From the NCBI GenBank assembly GCA_030141605.1, contig JAQGDQ010000425.1, positions 1 through 64,000 of the forward strand: a stretch of 64,000 nt of DNA, written 5' to 3'. Below are positions 1 through 13,588 of this stretch, one piece after another. This DNA is from Tubiluchus corallicola (Eukaryota > Animalia > Priapulida). A program made the position numbers and the translations under genes. Under the pieces are notes generated by a model that was not told where the DNA came from, did not search any database, and saw only the letters and a program-made list of their open reading frames with translations. Each line of letters starts with the position of its first letter. The stretch's first letter is position 1.

Positions 1-3000
1 TAGTAAGTAAAAATATTTTTAAACACAAAAAGAAAATTTATACAAAAATTTGATAAAATCTTGATAAATTTGATAAGGTCAATGTAAACACCATTTCTGA
101 ATCAGCAAAATAATAAAGGCACATCTTTTGTTTCCTGAAGTAGAAGTTGATTTTATAAAACTGTTAGCTCTAATTTCTTAGGCAGAAATGACTAGACATG
201 CGCATAGGAATTACACGTTCTTTGTATGTAGGTACTCGTAACGATTAGCTATTATTTGCTTCTATCTTTTGCAGTAAAACGAAATAAAACTAATATGTCA
301 ATTTCACAGCATATGTAGTTAGATCGATTTAAAGTCGTAAGGAGTAATACTTGTCTGATTTTTACTTGCATTTTAGTTAACGCAAATGCTGCTTTTTTGT
401 TTTGGTGAAATGGATAATTTTTTTCACAAAATTACCTACAATTCAGTGTTGTTTTCATCACCATGCTTCCAGGAGTACAGTATGTTAGAACCGGTGTAAA
501 CATGCACACGTCATTAGTAATTGTCAACGTCATTGTGTTGCACAGTACAAATTAGTTAAAAGATGTTAAAAATAATACTGTACTGTTGGAAACATTCAAA
601 TAAAAACAACTAATTCAATGTTTAATACAGCCTAGTAAAAACACAATTATTATTAACCAAAACGCAAGTATAGGTAATGACTAGTTTCGACTAGTACCTC
701 ACGCACAAAGCAGAGTGGTTGAAGGCCGTCTTTACTTGCAGTAAAATAAAATAACAGAATAATTTTTTGATAATTAGGCAGTCCTTCGTTTATCACTGAC
801 ACGTTTTCAAAATAAAATTTACTTCAAGAATTTTCCCTGTGATATTTCGCGTTTTTCCACACGGGTGGAAAAAATATATAGCTGTCAGCTTGAAATGTTT
901 AAGCAAGACAGTTAATCAAGAACAGCGGACTCTCACTTTTCTAAAATAGAAGCTTATGCGTTTGAAAAAGGCGCTAAATTAAGTACAAAATAATTATCAA
1001 TTTAGTGACAATGATTTTGATCTGAATTACTGATGGGAGTTGTTAACTAAGTACTGATACACGTGTGACCAAATATGTAACTATCCAGTATCACTGTCAT
1101 TTGACGAAACTTTCGTGATCCAACTGCAGATATTTCTTCCATGTGGATTCGACGGTCCTGTATGGATTGTGTCCTCTGGATGCGAACCTGTGATTCTATT
1201 GAATAGAAAAAATGCTTAAAATCAATACCAAGTTGCCAACATTTTAAATTCAATAGTAAAAGAAGTACAGAATTGGTGCTTGATGAAACATACGAAATTA
1301 GAAAAAATGCTCTGAGATTGCTCTCTAGACAGTTTAACAATACTTCTCTCTACACAGTTTAACAAACCTTCTTATACGTGCACATTTCTTTCAGTTTACC
1401 TAACATAGAGTTGTGTTTAATTACATTTCGTTATACCTGTGCTTTAAACAATATGTCTAATTGTTAAACTGCTCCAATAAAATCAAATGCTTTGCTTGCC
1501 AGAAACTACTAAACCTTACTATCATGACAAATTCATTCTCTTTTAATATCACTGTTACGATCATTTTGAGCATAAACCAATAGAGAAGAAATGTTGACTT
1601 ACTAATCCTTGGGTTCAACAGCGAAAACTTTGGAAAGCAAGAATAATTATGACGAGTTTAATTTCGAAAAAAAATACATAGAAATATCTATTGTGTAAAC
1701 GGAAGACGAAAACTTGAGAAGCAGAGTTGAAGTTAATTTACTGTTGCAGAAAACGTTTTTTTTCCAATTTTGCGTAACCAAATCTTCAATCATTACTTTA
1801 CACTCGTGAAGCTTTTACTTTTATTACTGGCAGTTACGGCAAAAAATTATGATGAACTGTATTTATCAATTACATCACATCAGTTTTTGTTATTTAGCTC
1901 CCATTCAATACAAAATCATATTACAAAAATTGTACAAAAGTCGCTTTGCTTACCAAGCTCACACTGAAGCACTGCGCCTCATAATTATGTTATATTTTTC
2001 AATTGCAGAGGAAGTTCTTGTCGTGTGTTAGCTCTCACAGGCTAATTTTAATGTTACTGCTGTGTGAATCTGAAACAACGTGGTGAAGAATGTAAAAAAG
2101 GTTACAGCAAATTTAAAGCTCACGAAAATGGGTACTCTTAATTAAAAAATGGAGTACAGAGTAAAAATTAGAAAAACATTTAATTCAAATATTCTTATGT
2201 CGTTTTGATTTTGAATTTAGAACGAAAGAACATTTGAGCAGAAAGTCTGAATATTACGAAAAAGTTCAGTTTAAGTAATAAATTATACTATTCATAAAAT
2301 TATGGCATTTTCAAGACAACAGTTGAGAAATAAAGGCATTGAAACAGCATTGGAGGCTTACGCGTTAAATGTTTCTCCGTGATTGTATACAGTAAGTTTT
2401 TACTCAATGATGCTAATGCTTTTTACGAAACGAGATTTTAAAACGAAGCCGCTTAACAAGAGTTGTTAAGTAAAGATGGTTGCCTAAAAACTTTTAGCGC
2501 TGCCAATTAGCTTGGAAAAAAGTACTAGTTGCTTATACAGTTAAAGCAAAACCACTGAAAAATAATGATCGTTTAGCAAAATAATATAGCTAAGAAATGG
2601 TCAAAAATGAATTTTCGTATTTTTAATTATGCCAACTCCGTTTGTGAAAAATTTAATACAGGTTAAACTACTGTTGTACAAAAATGTTCTCCCTCAGATG
2701 CTGAAAAGAACGCCATTAACTTTGTAAGCAATATTTTTATTACAATTTAAGAAGCTGCTGAAAGGAGTAAAATTTAACTTTTAAACCTAAGAGGTCTAAT
2801 AAGCGGTCCAAAAATAATAAAGAAAACATCATAAAAAAGAAGACCATTTAGAAACCTACACGAGCGAACTTTTTAACAAACTAATACTTCACAATTCAAG
2901 CTGCCATCACTGCAGTTTCTGCTAATCTACAGGAGTTAGTTGCTATTTCTTAACTAAATTAATTAAAGTAATTAAACTAAAATAGTCATAATTTTACAAA

Positions 3001-3921
3001 ATATAACTGCAGATTTTGCGCGCATTGCTAATTTTGTAAAATTTTGAGACTAACTTAACCAACTATTAATTAATTTTAATATTATTATGTTATGTGATAG
3101 TGGGGCTTCTGAAGCCAGCGGGTGGATATGAAATTTGGTGTCAAAAAAGATCAACAGGTTTAGAAAAACACGTTTCTGGCTGAAGAAGCTCCACTTTCTA
3201 CCTTATTATTATTACGCCTTGTACTAATTACCTAACGTAATACTATTGGTTAGTGACACTAATTGAATAATTATTACTTAATTATGGTACTAAGTACCTA
3301 ACTACAGGCAGCAGCTTGAAAAAATAAGAAAATTCAAACTAAAGAATCAGCGCTTCGATCCCTGCAATATTTGCTACTGGAAATTAAACTTGTTAACAGT
3401 AAATGCATTGAACATCGAAGTTTAACTGCACGATCACGTTTATATATATGAATTTTCATACAATTATTTTGTGATAAACTAAACTCCTTACAGCAGCATC
3501 ATCAAGTTTTAATCTCTTCACTAGAATACTATGGCCGACTTGAGATTATGGGCTCAACTAGCAATACCGAATGATTGTAGCAGGCTCGGAACCTTGCTAT
3601 TACCAAGAATAATTTTTGAAGCGAAAGAGGCAGAGACGTGGAACATAAGTAACAAATAACAGACACTTGAATTTTAACAAGAAATTTTTGTATTTGTGCC
3701 ATCTTGTATCAAATGTGGATTAAAAGTATTAAAATTCAATTGCTTAAGTATTCGCACTTTTTGTGCTAATTCTTTCCTAATTTCCACCTCTTAATTTGGA
3801 GTTAGACTCGCTGTATTTCAATAGATAATTAATAATAGTTAAATAACCTTAAGAGATTGCTTGGAAAGACTGTTCTTGTTCCGAGGTGAAAAAATTTTTG
3901 CTGAAGCCATGATTAAGGTGG

Positions 3922-3952
<31 letters not shown>

Positions 3953-5128
3953 CTGCTGCTACTGTTGCCTTATGTCATCACGATTGATTTGAATCTAAAA
4001 TAAGTGGTGAGCAAATTGTATAAAGAAATGAACCGCTTTGTAAGTATTTTGGTATTTCGAACACGTGGAAATACCTTGCAAAATGATTAGCAAACACCAA
4101 CAACACGTAACTACAACATGCTACAGCAGTTATAGCACAATTCTCTCCAAACACGATAACCACCGTTATAGGCAATAGCGAAGATGAGGTTATGTTTTCC
4201 ATACATATATTTCAAAAAACAATGTCGGCGCACTGGCTGTGTTAGACAAAAACTACTGAAGATAAAGAACCGAAGAATCAATGTGATGAGACAAAAAAAC
4301 TGTATTCATGCAATGAACAGGGAGACAAAATGAAACATAACAACGCTGAAAATACTTATTATTTGCAAAACAATATTGATAACAATAATTATGATTGTCA
4401 AAATCACCGAAGCAAGCATAACTTCATCCAGGGAATACCAGAATTATAAACTTGTATTTTTCAAGGTCGTTTATAATGATGCCATGCTGTATATGCTGGA
4501 AAACTGCCAGGTACGTGATCCTACATTTGTTGCAAAAAAAACGTGCAAGAACTCTAACATTTGTCGTATAAGTGAAACATTACAAACCTAGAGATGCCCG
4601 GCATATTTTATCAACGTAAAGACATCAGAAAGTTAAATTATTATCATCACATATAATAAGCGCTGCACGTCACCCTATGATGTCACACTTACCACGTCAC
4701 ACGAGGCTGTGAAGCTGGTATCACGTCTGCTGCTCCTGTGAGAAGTTTTACCTTATGTAGTGTCGACGTCGCCCTTGAATCTTGTTTCCGCCCTTCATGC
4801 CACCCCTACGACTGCTGCCCATCTTCTACGGTAACTGTGAAATGCTGACTTTTTGACTAGAAAGAAATGTTAATATTAATATGCAAAAGTGTTGAACAAC
4901 TAAATTGCCTAAAATTTAAAAGTTTAGTGTAATCAAAAGTTTAATGTAAACAATCATTTTACAAGAAAAACGACTTAAATAGCTTAGTATTTTACACGAA
5001 GACTTGGTTTTTCTTCTCTTTTCTTTTCTTTTCTTTTTCTTGTGAAAAGCCAAATCGCAATACGATGCCTCAGAAATTTGCCTAATTACAAATTGCAACC
5101 GCTTTACACTTTGTATTGAGTTTCTATA

Positions 5129-5243
5129 TTTTCTAATTAGACAAACTTCTAATTACGTAATTAAAAAACTAACTAAACAAATCTTTAATTCTTTAAATTT
5201 TAGTTTTTTAATTACGTAATTAGAATTTTGTCTAATTAGAAAA
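5129..5243. repeat. Long inverted repeat (hairpin A): 44-bp arms, 27-nt loop
   Basis: Arms 5129-5172 and 5200-5243 are reverse complements with 1 mismatch; loop CTAAACAAATCTTTAATTCTTTAAATT. Confidence 0.9.
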
Positions 5244-5296
5244 CAAAATCATTAATATCGAACTCGCAGGTCGATGAATTCCTGCCCGTATAGGTA

Positions 5297-5320
5297 CCGG
5301 AAGTAAAACGAAGCGGAAGT
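5297..5320 (+). promoter_or_regulatory. Tandem ETS-type motifs (CCGGAAGT, GCGGAAGT), possible housekeeping core promoter
   Basis: Two CGGAAGT cores about 15 bp apart in a local CpG-rich patch between the two hairpins; motif match only. Confidence 0.35.
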
Positions 5321-5338
5321 AGCAGGTCCTAATATTCA

Positions 5339-5531
5339 AAAGAAACGTGTTCGGCTGACATTGTCCAGTAAACGAACGACACAGAATTTGTGTTAAAAAT
5401 TCTAGCCTAGTTTACCTTTAACTAAACAAATCCTTAATTCTTAAAATTTTAAAGGTAAACTAGGCTAGAATTTTTAACACAAATTCTGTGTCGTTCGTTT
5501 ACTGGACAATGTCAGCCAAACACGTTTCTTT
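5339..5531. repeat. Long inverted repeat (hairpin B): 83-bp arms, 27-nt loop
   Basis: Arms 5339-5421 and 5449-5531 are reverse complements with 1 mismatch; loop CTAAACAAATCCTTAATTCTTAAAATT. Confidence 0.92.
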
Positions 5532-6789
5532 CACAATTTAAGCAATTCTTTAGTTAATCTTCTACAAATGAGTTACCAACAATTGATACGCTTTATAATT
5601 CATTATCTGTGGCTTATGATACACAAAGCTTTTCATTATTTACCAGATCCCCTACCTCACTGTTTATTCAAGAACAAAGTTAACAGCATTTAGTGCAATG
5701 ATAAATAAAATTTTAAGAAAGAATCAAAATCACCACAAGAATTGATTAGAAATTTAAAGTATAGATATTTGAATTCATTTTATATTACTTACTTTTAGCC
5801 AGCATAACTTTAAATCCTGAAATTAAAAAACAGACATGTTAATTCCGGTACAGGTTGTAAGCTATATAGGTCTTAATTTTTATTATATGCACAATTAGTC
5901 TAAAGCTGGGCTGCCCACGGGAACAGAGCACTGCAAAAAAGTAACAAAATGGCTGTAGTTATGAGTGATTCATGAAAGTAATATGAGATGGGAGAAAGAT
6001 TATAAGAATCTTCAATGTGCTACGCTCGTTCCCCTGCCTTTCACAAAATAATAATTATTATATATGCTGCCTAATTTGATTAAGCAAAAGCTCAAACAAT
6101 AAAACAATGAGCAAAATTGAATTAAACAAGTAAAATATCGTAAACAAATAAATATTATTATACACAGTTGATTTTCATAAGTGCACAAAAATCACAGATT
6201 TTATTTTCATATTACCAATTCAACTATTTAATAAATTCAATGTAAACCTTTTTTGAACAAAAATTGGCTAACGTTTTGTCAAAACAGCGAGATTTGGACA
6301 GATTTATTTTCAGTTTTGATGCATTTGTCGAAACTGTGTCTCTCCAATTCGATGCATGAGCACAACTTTGTTTTATCAACACGCACTAGCCGCCCAGTAA
6401 AAGTAGTTAAAGTAAAAGCCAAGTCTCTCGGGAAGTTGAGCTTATTTTAATTTTCGGGAAAATTTTAAAACGTTTCAGCATTAAAATTGTGATAAGCATC
6501 TCGTTTAATTAGTGAAATTAATTTAAAGTCGTGATTACTTTATGCTTGGCCGCGTTAGACGAAAAATGGCGCCATCCGGTTTCCGTACAATATAAACATT
6601 AATCCCACAGGTGCGGAGGAAGTACGGTAAAAAGTATACATTTTAACACCTATAACACTGTAAAAGCGTTTCTGATAATTAAATAATAGATTAAAAATTA
6701 ATTAACGGCGCGCCGACAACTATTCATGACATCAATTAACAATTTTCATCATCTGAACTGAGAGGTACAGTATCAAACAGTTTACATCA

Positions 6790-6950
6790 TAGTTTTCACC
6801 CCAGAAAATAAAGCATTGATAAAAATTTGTAAAGAAAAAATTGGAGTTAATCCTTCTGACTACAGTATCTGGAATTTCTTAGAAAGAAAAGCTTTTGCTT
6901 GTTTTGAAAATAACGGACACGTAGAGGACCAGCAGCAAATTTTGACAATA
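6790..6950 (+). mobile_element. Degraded Tc1/mariner (maT/DD37D-like) transposase C-terminal remnant
   Basis: TTAATCCTTCTGACTACAGTATCTGGAATTTCTTAGAAAGAAAA reads NPSDYSIWNFLERK, resembling the SPDLNPxDYxxW motif; no intact ORF; boundaries approximate. Confidence 0.4.
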
Positions 6951-7797
6951 GCGACAAATCAAATACTTACCGACAATTTCTAATTTCAAATTTTTAATTT
7001 CTGTATCTTTAGAACAGTTTAAGAAAAAGACCTAAAAGTTCTGGTAGTTACAGATAATCGTACGCAACTTCAGTATGGTAATTTTCAAGCGATTTCCTAA
7101 TACCGCAATCAAAACGTAATCAAATATCGTTTTTTGCGCCAATTAATACAATGTGTTATTTAAGCACAGAGCAAAGAATCTCAATTACATTTTTAAAATT
7201 ATTTGAAAGCTTCAAAGCAGAAAAAGGTTTGAAAAAAAAATCACCAAATCTAACAAAATCATGCAGTAACTTAAATTTGCTAACGTAAGAATAATAATAA
7301 TAATAATAATAGTAAGATAATTAGTAAGTAAGTAATTTATAAAAAGTATTATATGTACTCACATTTACTCAGGTTTGCACACGTTTACACACAAATGTTG
7401 GCATTTCACAGCTTCGAACATTTCGATAATGCTTGTAAACTGATTATAACATTCGCGTGTTAGGTCAATAGGCTTTTACAGTGGGCATGGCTTCTGACCG
7501 GTCCATTTCAAACAAACAAAAACTTGGCGTCGTTGCCCAGGCCTACCTATTCTGGTCCTTTGTAGAATTTGTGTACAGACTATTCCATACAGTTTCTTAT
7601 GGTCGTCATACCTGTATAGTAAGCGTGGGACGTGTCATTCAGTGCCTAAAGTATTAAGCAACAACCAGTTGTAATTATATAGCTTATATGTTGTGTTTTG
7701 TGCATTATCATGCGATTCGGTATTCGTTCTGCCTTTTCTTCTTTTCTGTCTTTGGCTTCTCCTCACTCTCTTTTGCTAACCTTTTCTAAAATTATCA

Positions 7798-7822
7798 TTA
7801 TTATTATTATATTATTATAATA

Positions 7823-7908
<86 letters not shown>

Positions 7909-7925
7909 TAATAATATTATAATTA
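7798..7925. repeat. (TAA)n microsatellite preceded by a short (TTA)n run
   Basis: Direct inspection. Confidence 0.95.
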
Positions 7926-8371
7926 TACTGCCTCAATTTGTCAAATAATATTTCTATTAGTCTGTTTACTTGTCCATATGTACGTGTAGGATACAACTGT
8001 GACTCCACCCATACGTATTGAAAATGGGAGTAGAAAGATGCAAATCAAGGCACACGCACAATGATCGCAAGGACGAACTGGCAAAGTCAAATAGCCCTCC
8101 GGTAAGATTCGGCACGAATGAAGATGCCAGTCAATATACAAGCAAAACAAACGCTGACAGCTTCGTTGTACCAAAACATCACGAACGAAAAAAGAATGCC
8201 AACCTAAGAGTAGAACTAGCAATGGGCTCAAATAGCTGTAGCATAATAAGAGGAGGTCCCAGAATGAAGGGCAGTCAAAGGAGCACCGGAAAAAGATCCA
8301 CCTGAAAAGACAAAAGACCACCAACTAAAATTAGCAGACCTCGCCATGCAAGTTATGCATTATTAGTATCT

Positions 8372-8542
<171 letters not shown>

Positions 8543-10069
8543 GCATTGTTAGTTTCAGTATCTTCCTACTCTCTTGATCAAAATACTGTTTTTATGCATC
8601 AAATGCATTTGATAGCGTTATACATAAAGCTACGCGTGGGTCAGTGAATCTACTAAGGTTGGCAGCGGCGCCTTTTTGTGCATGGCGAAGCCGGTACTGT
8701 GATAACCATGATCATGAACTGCTATGTAAGTTTCATGACGTCATATGATGTAAAGCCCATTTTTCGTGACATCATGCGTTTAAGCAGTACTGTAACACCT
8801 ATGCAAATGTGCTTAACGCACAAGGGAAGATGCCTGCCATTGCACAAACTGTGGTTAGTTTATGATGTAAGCAATAGCTGTGCTCGGTTGCTGTTACTTT
8901 CTAAGCTGATTATTCAAATGTAAGGAACAATTGTTAACTTTTATAGGCAAGAAAATGTATATTTTTGGACAGTAAATTAAAATGAGATTGAGTCTAAACA
9001 ATCGTCCGGCTTCTTTTAAAAACTTTAAGATGTATAAAAAAATTAAGTGTTATATTATTAGAGTTAACGAAACAGTTTGAATGTAGCATCTTGATGTTTG
9101 ACTCATAACAATTGATTTAATTTTTATTCACAAATTTATTTTGATAGAAATACTTCAATACATATGTTTGTTAGGATCTATTTTTCCACCTTGTAGCTAA
9201 CCAACTTTTCTTCTGGCTTGCAGTCTGCTCTCTATCAGCTCCGTGGTTGAAATGAAAATTGTATTGTCTGTGCTAAGTGACGCAAGAGGCCTAAGTAACG
9301 CTAGAGAGTAACACCCTTCCTTACAACAAACAGTGAAACATTAAAACCTTTCCCAATGACTTGTTATTGTCTTCTTTTCAGAATTCTGACACATGAGTAG
9401 TAGCATGTTAATTAGGCGGTTGTAATTAGACAAGCACCATCTGTTACAAAACGGTGTTTTTATATTAAAAGCCTTCCCAAAAATTTGATCTTTAAGCCTA
9501 GGATGTAGTTTTATCCATTTTTGCATAAATTATTTTCTGCCTATCACAACACTATTACTTCATCCCTGTACTATACTAATAGGCCTGTATCCACGGTATG
9601 CAGTGCATAATTTGAAATCTGCGTCTACTCATGCATTCACACGTTCGTATAAAAAAGCTTGTTACAATATTTTCCTTTGTTCTGATAAAGATATTATTTG
9701 CATGTATTATTTGTGTTACAAATAGTATTTGCATGTACTACTTATCAATGTATGTAATTTTTGACCAATAAACAGAATTCAATTGAATTGATTATTAACG
9801 GTTTCAAAGATTTCTGTCATTGTTGCTGTGTGGGTCAAGAAAATCTGAGAAAAACAACAAATAGGTGTAAGTTTCCTCTTGTTTTAAATTAGCTTCGCAA
9901 TGCTTCAGTTTTTGGGAAAGTTCATATCTTCCAGTTTTAATTCGAGTATTAGTATCAGACGTACGTATAGCCTATCTATAAAGCCACAAGAGTAATTTAT
10001 GTTTAACCGTAGCTCGCAACTTGGAGAAGTGGCTGTGGTGTCAATGAATGAGACCATAACCGAAACAAC

Positions 10070-10730
10070 TAATAAGCTCTCTTGCTCCCTGCGGGGACCG
10101 GGAGAAGCTTACAGCGTCGTGTCTCCTGCACTCTAAAACTTTTTGGAGGTTTTTTGACAAGCAACGTCAAGAAATTTTTGCCCCTAAACATAAATTATTC
10201 CCTAATCCAGAAATGGACGTATTAGCATAAATCATAAATGCTATTAAATTTTGACCCTTGACTATATTAAATTAGCTTAAGCTGAAATTTTAAATATTTT
10301 TAATGAAATGTACAAACATGCATAAATCTGCCCGACCGAGCCACTATCATTTTCATGATACGCAAGATCTGATTTATTCATAATTAGTAATAGAAAATAC
10401 CTCAACTATTAGCATACCATGATATAAAGGTGAACGTAATTTGCAAACAATGCAAGATGCTAAAATATCCAGATTTAAATATACCCACCCTGCTTAGGTG
10501 TGTGTATCTAGTGTTCTTCGTCATCTTGATTCTATCAATCGTCCTGCAAAATATTGTTAATCAGTGCAATTATATTGTATTTCTTAGCGACAGGCACATG
10601 AAGAAAAATGCTTTTATACAAGCTGCCATTTTAATCTTTGTTTTACTGCACCGTAGAAAGTTAAAAGCAGTGAAGATAAATAACAATAGACATGTGATTA
10701 AGTAGGAGATTATCTCATCTGATTAGTAGT
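10070..10730 (+). mobile_element. Helentron-associated (HINE-like) non-autonomous element, degraded
   Basis: 5' GC-rich hairpin AAGCT-CTCTTG-C-TCCC-tgcg-GGGA-C-CGGGAG-A-AGCTT at about 10074-10110, followed by TTTTTGCCCCT/TTTTGACCCTTG motifs seen in such elements; 3' end uncertain. Confidence 0.35.
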
Positions 10731-11963
10731 CCCAAAATTTTTCCATTTTTTGGGTATCAAAATATAGTACTGTGAGTAAAATGCTTTAATTTATTTTTGC
10801 CACAAATGCCCCACTCCTACTTACTAATGGTTCTATCTATTACAAAGCCTGTACATGCATACAAGCACCTTTAAATAATCTAGCATAGAGCGGTTCTGAA
10901 CAGGTAGACAGGTGTGAACAACATGTCTTTGCTGTCCATGACATCTGATGTTTGATATTGTTCACATACAAGGTGACTAATTGTTGCTTTTCTTTTGGCT
11001 GCTACATTAGTTGTTATTACGTAGTTTTTGTCATGATTTGTCATGTAATTGAGACTAAATTAATTAGTCTGTAATCAAGTAAAAAGACATCTAGGTGTTA
11101 GTGTTTTGTTTGACCTATAACTTCACACTTTTGATATAGCAAACTGTAAAACATAATACAGAGATTTAAACAGACTGAGAAAGTGGTTAAATCAGTAGGA
11201 GTAAATAGTAATTAACTAAAAAAGCATACCCTGTAGCATTAACAAGAGCTGAATAGTATTTGCATACGTTCTTAATCGGGACATCTTAGTGTAAATTTAA
11301 TCAGTTATATTTAGTATGAGCATATTTTCTTGCCTGTGCATGTGTCATATACATGTACATATACAAGCTTGATGTTTGCAGGTTCGTTATAGCATGTGCG
11401 ACTAAGAGATCATTTAGTACAGGATACAGTTTATTGACCTTTTACTGAACTTTCTTGAGCAAATCTTTCAACGCAGCATACGCAAATGCTAAAATAGCAG
11501 GAATAGAATATAGGTAACGGGTGTAATAACAGATTGATTTTGTAGGGTTTTGTAGTTGTGCTAGTGATGGCGACACAAAAAACTGAGAGATAGCAACTGA
11601 GTGTGATAATGTTTTCGTTTAACAGTCGTAAGTATTCATTTGACAAAGCTGTCTGTTTACGTGTTTAAGCTGTTTGTTAAGTGGATTATTGATATCCGTA
11701 ACTGATAATATTTACTTGGTGGCTTAATATGTTTCTGTTGATCCGTTTGATACTCTTGAAAGACATTTAAAATATGCTATTTTTACCTTTCTCTTATATT
11801 ATATATTTCTTTAAAATTTTTATTTAGTTAAAATTTTATTGTTATATTTACAGATGTGCTGATGCAACTTCACAAAAACCCAAAACAACAATCTTATTCA
11901 ATGGCAACTTGTACATGAAATTTGCCCAACAGGGAGATGTATTGTTGAGAATTAGATTACAAA

Positions 11964-12989
11964 ATGTTACGTAGTGATCATTTCATAAGACTTGTATCAT
12001 TCGCAGACAGTGTTCAGTTATTTCACAGTAGAACACTACAAGAGTCCACAGTTCGCTCTCTGACCTCTAAGTCTTTGAACAACCCTACCGATTCTCGATT
12101 TGAAAATGATAGCCAATTTGACACCAAACACACTGATCACGTTGTACAGAAAGAAGCAGTTGTTCCAATTAAGTGGGTCACCCCGACTCTTCTTTATGTT
12201 CAAAACATCGTTAAAAAGTTTAGCAATTATAAACCTTCCAGGTTGAAAGAAAAAGTTGAGAAGCCAGGCTATGTTGCTTCTGATTCTCATTCAGTAAAAG
12301 TAAAACTTGTGAACCTTAATAATAATGATGATAGCAGTTCATTGATACCAGACAGTGAAGCCAAGGCTGTGGAGCAGGTAAATGATAGTGTTCACGTGCA
12401 AACTACACCAACCTTGCTCAAGGAATCAACAACTGATGTGGATTTTGAATCCACTTTTAATCTTCTTCAACATGACAAAGATACTGACGAAGCAGTTGCT
12501 GCAATGAACAAGCAATCATTGCTCAAACATTCAACTAAGGATCTAGTTGTGATAGAGAAAGTTGTGAAGGAAGTCGCACCGGTACAGAAGTCTCGGAGTT
12601 ATAAGTTTTGGGCTTCATTCCTGTTTACAGCTGATAAAAAAACAAAACCAAAAGAGGTGATTCTTGCCAAAGATGCTGGGACAGTGCCTGTAACAGTAAA
12701 AAAGAAACCTAATTCAACCTCTGCCACTGTACACTCGGCAAGAGAAAAGACAAGTAATAACAACAAGAAAATATCCTCTAAAATATTTAATGTTCTTGAG
12801 AATATTGAACACAAAGTAAAACCGTTGCCGCCAAAAGCCATGGTATCAAAAATGGCTGTTGAAACGCGTACACGAGGTTTAGTGGCCAGTGTTCGCAGAG
12901 CTGCCAGCCACATGTCTAAAGTTGCAAGAATTGAAGAGCTGTGTCGCCATCTGATGAAATACCCTGAAACTCGTAGCGTCGCCGCGAAG
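11964..12989 (+). CDS. PNPLA8: Calcium-independent phospholipase A2 gamma, coding exon 1 (long low-conservation N-terminus, possible mitochondrial presequence)
   Basis: Acceptor TTTACAG at 11853; first in-frame ATG at 11964 after an upstream TGA; ends ...RIEELCRHLMKYPETRSVAAK then AAG|GTAATG, phase 0; joins in frame to the patatin exons. Confidence 0.85.
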
Positions 12990-13588
12990 GTAATGATATT
13001 AAATGTGCAGATTTAAATGTGTGTTTAAAGGACTGTGTAACCCCAACAGACATTGAAATTGTTTAACATGATACAAAAACCCTAGTTATTTTTGCAAGAA
13101 AGAATCTTGTAAACTAAATGATTCACCTATTTCTGGCAAATTTCAAACGCGTGCATTGTCGTAAATATCACCATGTTCCATGTCTTTTGCGCAAATGAGC
13201 GAAAATGATATACGTAGTGCGTCTTTGGTGACCTCGTGACTGCACTCATTATGTCATTCATTGTCATTCATCTTGCACAATGAAAAATGGCAGCTCTTCA
13301 AATTTAACATCGCTAGTAATGAAGTGGTAAAAAATCAAAAGAAACAAGTTCTACAGTAAGTTTATAACAAAATAAATAAATATTTGTAACGAGAGTAGGA
13401 TCCTAGCTTGTAGAAGCTTATATTATAGTGAGGGTTTAGTTTGACTTTAATAGTTTATAAAGTTGTACTGATAGATCTATCTTGCAAAAGGGAAGTGCTA
13501 AAATGAGAAGGGTGCATTTTTCATCACCTTGTCCTTTCATCCATTAGTGATGTTTTGCATGTGCCATTATTGCCTGTTGATAATATAA

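Noticed and set aside
12036-12913. Minus-strand ORFs overlapping the large PNPLA8 exon; likewise antisense ORFs over the RTE, PAN, Rho, DNAJB9 and CRBN exons
   Set aside because: Antisense shadows of real coding frames with no recognisable motifs.
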